Shown here piece by piece: positions 56,465 through 64,000 of a stretch of 64,000 bases of DNA. This DNA comes from Idiomarina sp. (GTDB lineage Bacteria; Pseudomonadota; Gammaproteobacteria; Enterobacterales; Alteromonadaceae): assembly GCA_022565355.1 (NCBI GenBank), contig JAIUMU010000003.1, positions 119,989 to 183,988 on the forward strand, read 5' to 3'. Made by a program: the position numbers and the translations under genes. Positions within the stretch are counted from its first letter, which is position 1; each line of letters starts with the position of its first letter. The notes below the pieces were generated by a model. It searched no databases. It was given only the letters and a program-made list of their open reading frames with translations, and was not told where the DNA came from.

Positions 56465-56515
56465 AGGTGAGTTATGTGACAGTTATGCTATTTAATTATG
56501 ACTTTTCCATGACAA
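56465..56515 (-). promoter_or_regulatory. Pho-box array (PhoB binding sites) upstream of the porin gene
   Basis: Minus strand reads TTGTCAT-ggaa-AAGTCAT-aatt-AAATAGC-ataa-CTGTCAC-ataa-CTCACCT. These are 7-bp repeats with 4-bp A/T spacers at 11-bp phasing, against the consensus CTGTCAT-N4-CTGTCAT. Confidence 0.55.
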
Positions 56516-56528
56516 CTACAGTGAACAC

Positions 56529-57170
56529 CTAATTCGCCAGAAACTCAAAGCGGGTACGCTCATCGCTTTTAAAGATACCGCCAAGCGATGTGGTTTGGGT
56601 TCTGGAATTCACATCCATAACCCCGCGCGCTTTTACGCAGTAATGTACAGCATCGATGGTGATAGCAACATTTTCGGTGGCCAATAACGTTTGTAAAGCC
56701 ACCAGTATTTGCTGGGTCATGCGTTCTTGAACTTGTGGGCGTTGCGCGAAGAAACGTACGATACGATTGATTTTTGATAATCCAATTACCCGTTTACTTG
56801 GGATATACGCCACTCGCGCGGTTCCATCGATGGTTACGAAATGATGCTCACAGGTGCTGTTAAAGCTGATGTCTTTCACTTTAATCATTTCATCAACCTG
56901 CATCTTGTTCTCTATCAGCGTTACTTTGGGAAAATTGGCATAATCTAAGCCGCTGAATATTTCATCAACATACATTTTCGCTATTCTATGCGGCGTTTCA
57001 CGCAAGCTATCATCATTGCGATCTAAACCTAGCACATCCACTACATCGGTCATCAGTGCACTAATTTGTTCGTATTTTTGCTCTCGTGTAAGTTCATTGG
57101 CGCGCATAGGGGTTTCTAAACCTTTGCTTGCTAGCGCTTCTCTTACGAGTTCTGCTTCTTTTAATAGCAT
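56529..57170 (-). CDS. folE: GTP cyclohydrolase I
   Basis: 213 aa with the STCEHHF zinc/catalytic motif and a conserved C-terminal half. Confidence 0.95.
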   Translation of the reverse strand: MLLKEAELVREALASKGLETPMRANELTREQKYEQISALMTDVVDVLGLDRNDDSLRETPHRIAKMYVDEIFSGLDYANFPKVTLIENKMQVDEMIKVKDISFNSTCEHHFVTIDGTARVAYIPSKRVIGLSKINRIVRFFAQRPQVQERMTQQILVALQTLLATENVAITIDAVHYCVKARGVMDVNSRTQTTSLGGIFKSDERTRFEFLAN

Positions 57171-57211
57171 GTTAATTCCTTAGTAATCTTTTTCTGTACT
57201 GCAACCATGGA

Positions 57212-57994
57212 TTATTTCTCCATGAATGCTTGCTCAATCACATAATCGCCTTGTTGGCGAGACGTAGCTTTCACGAAACCTTTACGGTATAGAATAGCCA
57301 TACAATCAGCCAACATTGCTTGATTGCCGCATAACATGAAGCGGTCTCGAGTTGGGCATATGGGTAACAGGTTAACCTCACGAGCTAACAGTTCATGCTC
57401 TAATAAATGGGTAATTCGCTGTTGGTGCGCCTCTGTAAGAAACGCCTCTCGGGTAACAATCGGGTAGTAAATTAACTTTTCCCGAATATGCTCACCAAAA
57501 TATTCATTATTCGGCAGCTCATCATAAATCGTTTGTTGATAGGCTAAATCCGCTATGTGCCGCACGCTATGCACTAAGATGATCTTTTCATAGTGCTCAT
57601 AAATACTTGGGTCTTTAATAATGCTCATAAAGGGTGCTAAGCCCGTTCCTGTAGCGAGCAGATATAAATGCTTACCTGGCTTTAGATAACCTGCCACGAG
57701 CGTGCCTGCTGGCCGCGTTGAAAGGCTTAAGGTATCGCCCACTTGCAGATGCTGTAAACGGGAAGTAAGTGCGCCGTTAGGAACTTTTATACTAAAAAAT
57801 TCTAGCTCATCTTCATAGTTTGCACTGGCAATACTATAGGCGCGGAGTAAGGGTTTGTTATCCACCTCAATACCCAGCATTACGAACTGGCCGTTCTCGA
57901 AAGTGAAGGAAGGCTTTCTAGTGGTTCGGAAGCTGAATAAGCTCTCACTCCAATGGCGCACATAGGTTACCTGCTCTTCAATTGTTGCTCTCAT
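57212..57994 (-). CDS. fpr: ferredoxin-NADP+ reductase
   Basis: 260 aa with the RAYSIAS FAD-binding motif and the GTGLAPF NADP-binding motif. Confidence 0.9.
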   Translation of the reverse strand: MRATIEEQVTYVRHWSESLFSFRTTRKPSFTFENGQFVMLGIEVDNKPLLRAYSIASANYEDELEFFSIKVPNGALTSRLQHLQVGDTLSLSTRPAGTLVAGYLKPGKHLYLLATGTGLAPFMSIIKDPSIYEHYEKIILVHSVRHIADLAYQQTIYDELPNNEYFGEHIREKLIYYPIVTREAFLTEAHQQRITHLLEHELLAREVNLLPICPTRDRFMLCGNQAMLADCMAILYRKGFVKATSRQQGDYVIEQAFMEK

Positions 57995-58265
57995 TCTTTA
58001 CCTCTATTCGGAAATACACAGTAATGTTTGGCCCTACAAAGGCGAGTGGAGCACTGTGTAACAAGCGCAAGCACCTCGAGAAATTCGATAAACTTTATAA
58101 TACCCGAGTAAATTGGTCAAGTTTAACGTTGATCCAAGAAGTTCCTCTAAGCGCGCCAGCGCACAGACGGCTAAAAAGCATACCTGCATAGTCGCTTCCA
58201 TGTAGATTTCTACAGCATACGGGTGTTGCATATATCCCGTATCACTTTACTGCAAGGATATCCAA

Positions 58266-60590
58266 ATGCGCCCTACAATACTTTTCTTCTCCAGCCTGAA
58301 AAAATGGCTGATGTTAGCCTTAGCTGGCTCACTATTAATGGCCTGTAATGATGCGGGCCGTGATCCTATTCTCGGTGCAGATGGCAATGTTGCACTCGCA
58401 CCAACAGTAGTAATGGTAACGCCGGCGAACAATGCTACCGATGTTACGATTACCAACCCTGCGATAACCGCTGAGTTTAGCGGCCCGATAGCCGCCTTAA
58501 GCGCGTCGAGCTTCACAGTAACCTGTGCAAGCCCATGTGCAGCTGCATCTGGCACCATTGAGATGAGTGCAGCAAATACTGTGGCTACCTTTGTGATGGC
58601 TGAAGCCGACCTTCTAGAGCCTCTCACTGAATATACGGCTACCATCCATAATGCCACTAGCAGCGTAAATGGCCTTGCCATGGACAGCCCGTTCATTTGG
58701 CGATTCACTACGGGCCCAGCCCCTAGTGTTGATGAAGAGGTGGATGTAGCACCAACCGTAATCATGGTAACTCCTGAAAACAATGCAACGAATGTTGATA
58801 TCGCAAACCCTGCGATAACTGCTGAGTTCAATGAGCCGGTAGCTAACTTAACTGATACCGATTTCACGGTAACCTGCGCAAGCCCGTGTACGAATGCCTC
58901 TGGTACGATTGAAATGAGTGCAGAAAACACTGTGGCAACCTTCAACCTTGCCGAGTTTGATACACTTGAACCACTCACTGAATATACCGCTACTATTCAT
59001 AACGCCACTAGCAGTGAAAGCGGCGTAATCATGGAAGACCCATATATTTGGGAATTCACAACTGGCCGAGCGCCAGATACAACGCGCCCGCGTGTTGTTG
59101 CAACCAACCCACTAACAACAGACCCAGGCCCTACTCCTGATGTTCCAGCTAATACCGCGATTTCCGCTACGTTTAGCGAAGAGATGTTAGCTACCACGAT
59201 CAATGATACGAGCTTCACAGTTACCTGTGAGTTGCCATGCGAATCACCTGCTGGCGCCGTTTCATATTCATCTGGCTCGAACAGTGCTGTATTTACGCCG
59301 GAAGAAGATCTTGCCGAAGGCGCAACATATACAGCTACAGTTACCAGTGACGCTACCGATCTTGCGGGTAACAAACTTGCCGGTAACCAAGCCCCTAGCA
59401 CAAGTGCTAGTGATTATATCTGGGCATTTACTACTGTAGCGGCCATTGAGCCAGAGTTTATTTCTGTACTCTCTACCGATCCAATCGATGGTGGTGTTAT
59501 TGCGGTTTGTGAGAACGCCAGTATTAATGCAACCTTCGATATACCTTCTGGCCTGCGCCTTAATCCAGAAACCGTTAACAACATGACCTTCCTGATTGTT
59601 GAGAACAACGAACCTACAAATACTGTAGCCGCTGAATCGATCAAGCTTGATTTAGATACCGGCACGATCATGACCTTTATTCCAGAGAGCGATCTCGTGG
59701 AAGGAATGACCTACCGCGCTACGATAGTTGGTGGCGAAGATGGCGTTAAAGACCTCATGCTTCCTGGTAATCAGCTAGAGGAAGATTTCGTTTGGACCTT
59801 TACTTCAGAAGAGCCAGTTGATGGTTGCTTACAACCAGCAAACCTGGCAAGTGCCGCACCTTTTGGTTCGTTCGGTGGTAGTGCGGGTGTAACCAACCAG
59901 GGTTTACTTACCGTTGTTAATGGTGATTTAGGCACTACGGCTACATCAACATTAGTAACTGGCTTTGTTTCTGAGCCTGGCTGTGAATATACCATTACAA
60001 CGTTAAACGAAGGCCAAGTGAACGGTAAGATCTTTACCTCTCCACCGCCGCCAACCGTTGCTTGTCCGCAAGATGGTACTGCAGCTACTGAAGCCATCGC
60101 GATTCAAGCGCGCCTTGATGCTGAAGATGCGTTCATCGCGCTTTCACCTGCCAATATGCCAGGTGGGCAAGACCCAGGTAATGACAATCTCGGCAATCTC
60201 ACCTTAACGCCAGATATTTATACCGCCCAAAGTGGTTCATTCATGATCCAAGGTGGCGACCTAACCTTAGATGCGCAAGGTAATCAAAATGCCGTATGGG
60301 TTTTCCAAATGGCAACCACACTTACTGTAGGCGGCCCTGGTGCTGATTTCCCACAAAGTGTAACGCTTATCAATGGCGCCCAAGCAAAGAACATCTTCTG
60401 GCAAGTTGGTAGCGCTGCAACAATTAATGCAGCGGGTGGCGGCACTATGAAAGGCACCATAATCGCGCAAGATGGCGTGAGCATTTCAACCGCTGACAAC
60501 GTGAACATCGTTACTTTAGATGGTCGAGCATTGTCGCTTACCGCCTCGGTTACGGTTGTAAACACCGTGATTAACGTACCTGCAGAGTAA
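58266..60590 (+). CDS. lipoprotein with tandem SbsA/Big_5-like Ig domains and a C-terminal DUF3494 (ice-binding-like) beta-solenoid domain
   Basis: Lipobox LLMAC and three Ig-like units (VTPxNNATDV...FTVTCxxPC...TEYTATI). The C-terminal region (ASAAPFGSFGGSAGVTNQGLLTVVNGDLGT...) matches the DUF3494 start pattern. Confidence 0.7.
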   Translation: MRPTILFFSSLKKWLMLALAGSLLMACNDAGRDPILGADGNVALAPTVVMVTPANNATDVTITNPAITAEFSGPIAALSASSFTVTCASPCAAASGTIEMSAANTVATFVMAEADLLEPLTEYTATIHNATSSVNGLAMDSPFIWRFTTGPAPSVDEEVDVAPTVIMVTPENNATNVDIANPAITAEFNEPVANLTDTDFTVTCASPCTNASGTIEMSAENTVATFNLAEFDTLEPLTEYTATIHNATSSESGVIMEDPYIWEFTTGRAPDTTRPRVVATNPLTTDPGPTPDVPANTAISATFSEEMLATTINDTSFTVTCELPCESPAGAVSYSSGSNSAVFTPEEDLAEGATYTATVTSDATDLAGNKLAGNQAPSTSASDYIWAFTTVAAIEPEFISVLSTDPIDGGVIAVCENASINATFDIPSGLRLNPETVNNMTFLIVENNEPTNTVAAESIKLDLDTGTIMTFIPESDLVEGMTYRATIVGGEDGVKDLMLPGNQLEEDFVWTFTSEEPVDGCLQPANLASAAPFGSFGGSAGVTNQGLLTVVNGDLGTTATSTLVTGFVSEPGCEYTITTLNEGQVNGKIFTSPPPPTVACPQDGTAATEAIAIQARLDAEDAFIALSPANMPGGQDPGNDNLGNLTLTPDIYTAQSGSFMIQGGDLTLDAQGNQNAVWVFQMATTLTVGGPGADFPQSVTLINGAQAKNIFWQVGSAATINAAGGGTMKGTIIAQDGVSISTADNVNIVTLDGRALSLTASVTVVNTVINVPAE
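58398..59066 (+). repeat. tandem in-frame duplication (period 351 bp) encoding two near-identical Ig-like domains
   Basis: aa 45-150 and aa 162-267 are largely identical (APTV[VI]MVTP[AE]NNAT[DN]V...LEPLTEYTATIHNATSS...). A third, diverged unit follows. Confidence 0.8.
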
Positions 60591-60625
60591 TGGATAAAGC
60601 GCACACGCTTTTAGTGGAGAATAAA

Positions 60626-62071
60626 ATGAAAACGATGATGAAAACACAGGCGATTGTTACTCTTGCTCTACTTGGTATCACAATGCCAGCTTTAGCAACC
60701 GAACAGAACCGATGGTACTTCGGCGCCGGAGGCGGGCTTACGCTCGCCAACATCGCCCAGCAAGAAATTATTGCCGACCTACTTGCGGCCGGTTATGAAA
60801 CAACTGAGTTTCATGATAACGACAGTGATTTCGGTTACAAGCTCTATGTAGGTTACCAACTCAACCCATACCTCGCTCTTGAAGGGGGGTATTTTGATCT
60901 TGGTGCATTTGATTACACCGCAACTACCATTCCAGCGGGCATTAAAACCGGCGCATTGAGTTTTAGTGGTTGGAATATGGATGCAGTGGGAACAATTACA
61001 TTAACCGAGCGTTCTTCACTGATCGCCCGAGTGGGTTTGCATGAAGGCACAACAAAAACCCACTTCACCGGCTCAGGCGCGGTTAACGTATTGAATTCTG
61101 ACTATCGCAACAAAGACATTGATTACAAAATTGGTGTTGGCTATCAATATAAAGTAAATGATGCTTGGAGCTTACGCTTAGAAGCGGAACGTTTTCGTAT
61201 TGATGATGCTGTGGGCAATACCGGCCATGTAGATTTTTATTCACTGAATGTAGTTTACCGCTTTGGTACTCGTACCCATGCACCAGTAGCTGCAACCCCG
61301 CCGCCTCCAGTACAAGAGCCCGCACCGCGCCCAGTAGCAGTAGCAACAGAGCAATACTGTGCCGAATTGGGTATCCAATTTGAGATTGGTAACGAGAATA
61401 TTGAGCGAGTAAACCGAGAGCCTATCCTAGTTCTTGCTACATTCTTAGAAAAATACCCTGATACTACTGCCATCATTCAAGGGCATACGGATAACGTTGG
61501 TACCGCAGCGGATAATCAGCGTTTATCTGAGCAGCGCGCAAATAGCCTACGCAATTACTTAATACGTGAACATGGCATTAACGCAAGCCGCTTAACGGCC
61601 GTTGGTTTCGGTGAAAGCCAGCCGATTGCCAGCAATAGCAGCGCTCAGGGGCAACAAGCGAATCGACGGATTAACACAGTGATTGATTGTGCTACCGATA
61701 TTGCTGGCCTCAGTACACTGCCAGCACGCACAACATTAGCAATGGCACTTGAATTCGATATAGAAAGTTCAGCTGTGCAATCGAAGTATCATTCACAATT
61801 AGAAAGCGTTGCAAAATATATGCAACTCAATCCTGATGTGATGGTTACGCTCGAAGGCCATACCGACAATGCCAATCCTGCTACTGCGCAAAGAATATCG
61901 CAAGAGCGGGCGCAAAGCGTAGCGGATTATCTTGTGCAAACGCTTAAGGTTGATCGTTCACGCTTGAATGTTGAAGGGTTTGGTGCAACACGCCGCGATA
62001 CTTACAATATTACTGCTTCGCACCGCCAAGAAAATCGGCGTGTAAATATCGTAATTGGTTACCCTAACTAA
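60626..62071 (+). CDS. OmpA-family outer membrane protein with N-terminal beta-barrel and two OmpA_C peptidoglycan-binding domains
   Basis: Start at ATG 60626 (GGAGA RBS; signal peptide MKTMMKTQAIVTLALLGITMPALA). Pro-rich hinge APVAATPPPPVQEPAPRP. Two GHTDN...(S/A)xxRA motifs. Confidence 0.85.
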   Translation: MKTMMKTQAIVTLALLGITMPALATEQNRWYFGAGGGLTLANIAQQEIIADLLAAGYETTEFHDNDSDFGYKLYVGYQLNPYLALEGGYFDLGAFDYTATTIPAGIKTGALSFSGWNMDAVGTITLTERSSLIARVGLHEGTTKTHFTGSGAVNVLNSDYRNKDIDYKIGVGYQYKVNDAWSLRLEAERFRIDDAVGNTGHVDFYSLNVVYRFGTRTHAPVAATPPPPVQEPAPRPVAVATEQYCAELGIQFEIGNENIERVNREPILVLATFLEKYPDTTAIIQGHTDNVGTAADNQRLSEQRANSLRNYLIREHGINASRLTAVGFGESQPIASNSSAQGQQANRRINTVIDCATDIAGLSTLPARTTLAMALEFDIESSAVQSKYHSQLESVAKYMQLNPDVMVTLEGHTDNANPATAQRISQERAQSVADYLVQTLKVDRSRLNVEGFGATRRDTYNITASHRQENRRVNIVIGYPN

Positions 62072-62094
62072 TTACTGCCAACTACGAATCATTA

Positions 62095-62132
62095 CGTGTG
62101 CTCGGGAATCATTCCCGGCACACGTTTTTTTT
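62095..62132 (+). terminator. rho-independent terminator
   Basis: Stem cgtgtgc(t)cggg / cccggcacacg, loop aatcatt, followed by tttttttt. Confidence 0.7.
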
Positions 62133-62141
62133 GCTTACTTT

Positions 62142-62900
62142 TTACTTATGTGAAGAACTAGGTTTGTAATGCAACAATCGTTCGCATTCTACTTTTACAA
62201 CCTCATAACACTCACAGCTTAATTTCTCGAGCTCAGCTCGATTGGTGATGGTTAAGCGGCCCCGCTGATATTCAATAATACCCGCTTTTTGTAATTTCCC
62301 GGCAGCTACCGATACCCCTTCCCTGCGAACCCCTAACATATTGGCGATAAGTTCTTGGGTCATCGTAAGCACATTGGTTGGAATTCTATCGAGTGATAAC
62401 AACAACCATCGGCACAATTGCTGATCCACAGAGTGGTGGCGATTACATACAGCAGTTTGCGCCATCTGTGTCATGAGCGATTGCGTATAGAGCAGTAAAA
62501 GGTCGCGAAATTCCTTGCTTCGATCAAACTCTTCTTTTAGCACCTGAGCAGGCAACCGATAAGCCATGCCAGCACTTTGCACTACCGCTCGATGAGGCGT
62601 GCTATCACCGCCCAAAAAGAGTGCTGTACCCATCATGCCATCATTGCCGATAACCGAAATTTCTGCTGAATCACCGTTTTCCATTACATATACTAATGAA
62701 ATAATTGAATTGGTTGGGAAAATAGCATACTTAATTTTGTCGCCAGATTCATATAACGAATCCCCCAGCGGCAAATCCACTACTTCTAAATGTGGCTTTA
62801 TCCGTACCTTCACCATTTCAGGTAACGCACTCAATAAGTAGTTTTGTTCGCACGTTGATTCTGGGAACTCCCCGTTGTCCATCACCTGTATTGAATCCAT
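62142..62900 (-). CDS. Crp/Fnr-family transcriptional regulator
   Basis: 252 aa with a cNMP-binding-like N-terminal domain and a C-terminal HTH (TQELIANMLGVRREGVSVAAGKLQKAG). Confidence 0.9.
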   Translation of the reverse strand: MDSIQVMDNGEFPESTCEQNYLLSALPEMVKVRIKPHLEVVDLPLGDSLYESGDKIKYAIFPTNSIISLVYVMENGDSAEISVIGNDGMMGTALFLGGDSTPHRAVVQSAGMAYRLPAQVLKEEFDRSKEFRDLLLLYTQSLMTQMAQTAVCNRHHSVDQQLCRWLLLSLDRIPTNVLTMTQELIANMLGVRREGVSVAAGKLQKAGIIEYQRGRLTITNRAELEKLSCECYEVVKVECERLLHYKPSSSHK

Positions 62901-63153
62901 AGTAGATTTTTCCCATATGTTGGGTAGTAAACTTGTGTACTAGTGGTTCAGTAAATTTGGTGGCCATTCATACTCGAGTAATTCAACAACTACAACGCAA
63001 ATCATGCCTTGCTTCTATCTTTACTAATTATTAACATTCAACTATCGGCTTAAGTAATTGTTAAATAGTCCGATAAACTAAGGAGCTTCGGGCCGCGGAT
63101 TAAACACCCGCAAATACGATTGGTTCGGTAGATAAGAATAGGGAGCGTTTTCT

Positions 63154-64000
63154 TTGCACTTACCCACGCTAGTAGGAATTATTCTGTTACTCAACTTCAT
63201 GCTGGGTGGTTTGCTATTCGTTATCTATCAACTGCGCTCTAAGCAGCGCTGCTTCCTGTATTGGGCTATTTCCTGCTGGGTGTTTGTGCTCGGGGGCGCA
63301 TTTGCTGCAGCTCGTGAGTTCATTGAACTACCATGGCTAACCCATTGGTTAGCGTCAATTTTACTCATCACTTCGCCATTACTGGCAGTTCGTGGCATTC
63401 AATTCTTTCGCTCCCCGAATCGCCGCCATAAGTGGCTCGCGCAACTTTTGTTTCTTGCTGGCGCCACATTATTAATAGGCGCTCTATACCCTATTTATCC
63501 ATGGATATCGCCACTCACTTCGCTGGTAATTGCTGGGGTTTTCGCCTGGGCGGTATATCTGTTAATGCAAATTAAATCACCAATGCAATTACCCCAGCGG
63601 CTGCTTTGCATATTTTTCGTGTTACATGTAGCCATTATGCTATTACAAGCTATTTCAATGATATTTATGCTAGTAAATAACGCTGCGCTGCCCTTAAGCG
63701 CGAGCAGTGATCCCGGAATTATAGCTGGTGCTAGTGTTGAACTTGCCGATTCTGCGGCAATTACCACAACACTTTTAACAGCTACCTTTATTAGCCATTT
63801 ACTGCTTACAACAACCACTGCATTAATGTTTCCATTATTAGTATTTACCCGAAGTGAACAAACCCTGATCGAGCTGGCAAATATTGATGATTTAACCAAG
63901 CTATTCAATCGTAGGGCGTTTTTTATTGCGGCAAATGAAGCTTTTAGGGATACAAGAATGCAGCGAGGCAACCTTACTGTACTCATGTTAGATCTCGATT
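63154..64000 (+). CDS. membrane-anchored diguanylate cyclase (GGDEF), 5' part running off the right edge
   Basis: Frame 1 is open from TTG 63154 (GGGAG RBS; alternative ATG 63199) to the window end. It has about six hydrophobic helices and then LANIDDLTKLFNRRAFF...LTVLMLDLD, the start of a GGDEF domain. It is not in the ORF track because it has no stop. Confidence 0.75.
   Translation, partial: MHLPTLVGIILLLNFMLGGLLFVIYQLRSKQRCFLYWAISCWVFVLGGAFAAAREFIELPWLTHWLASILLITSPLLAVRGIQFFRSPNRRHKWLAQLLFLAGATLLIGALYPIYPWISPLTSLVIAGVFAWAVYLLMQIKSPMQLPQRLLCIFFVLHVAIMLLQAISMIFMLVNNAALPLSASSDPGIIAGASVELADSAAITTTLLTATFISHLLLTTTTALMFPLLVFTRSEQTLIELANIDDLTKLFNRRAFFIAANEAFRDTRMQRGNLTVLMLDLD

Noticed and set aside
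58247-58978. 243-aa ORF on the minus strand
   Set aside because: It lies entirely antisense to the tandem Ig-like repeats of 58266..60590. Its Ala/Val/Ser-rich low-complexity translation mirrors the repeat, and it has no RBS. It is a shadow ORF.
63495-63986. 163-aa ORF on the minus strand
   Set aside because: It is antisense to the plus-strand frame, which encodes coherent TM helices followed by a GGDEF domain start. The plus-strand gene explains the region.

Overview
The window is gammaproteobacterial chromosome, probably marine and Alteromonadales-like (organism guess is low confidence). Two conserved housekeeping flanks bracket about 39 kb of visibly more AT-rich accessory DNA inserted at a tRNA-Arg(CCG) gene.

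Left core (1-14.6 kb): an FGGY kinase 3' end, the cdd-deoC-deoA-deoB nucleoside catabolism operon, an S9 peptidase, a carboxylesterase, OsmC, a secreted M17 aminopeptidase, and two convergent, 3'-overlapping GGDEF-EAL signalling genes.

Accessory region (14.8-54.0 kb): at least two related integrative elements stacked at the tRNA. They are delimited by an intact tRNA-Arg, a 5' half copy upstream, and three 3'-end copies downstream. Cargo, in order:
- A type I R-M system (hsdM-hsdS ... hsdR), preceded by an extra half-size S-like gene and an M-like gene with a non-canonical TPPL catalytic motif.
- A DUF3800-like gene plus an unknown gene wedged between hsdS and hsdR.
- A HEPN-like pseudogene.
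- An HTH/xis/int module.
- An operon with two giant tyrosine-recombinase-like proteins and a DnaN (beta-clamp)-like protein.
- An ApeA-like HEPN protein.
- A Big_2 lipoprotein.
- Several decayed genes.
- A GHKL-ATPase/STAS-like/TM three-gene cluster.
- A hipBA islet.

Right core (54-64 kb): ychJ, a Pho-box-controlled phosphate-type porin, folE, fpr, an Ig-like/ice-binding-like lipoprotein, a double-domain OmpA protein, a Crp/Fnr regulator, and a partial membrane GGDEF protein.

I found no rRNA, CRISPR array, transposase, phage structural genes or conjugation genes. All functional calls rest on motif reading by eye, with no database searches.
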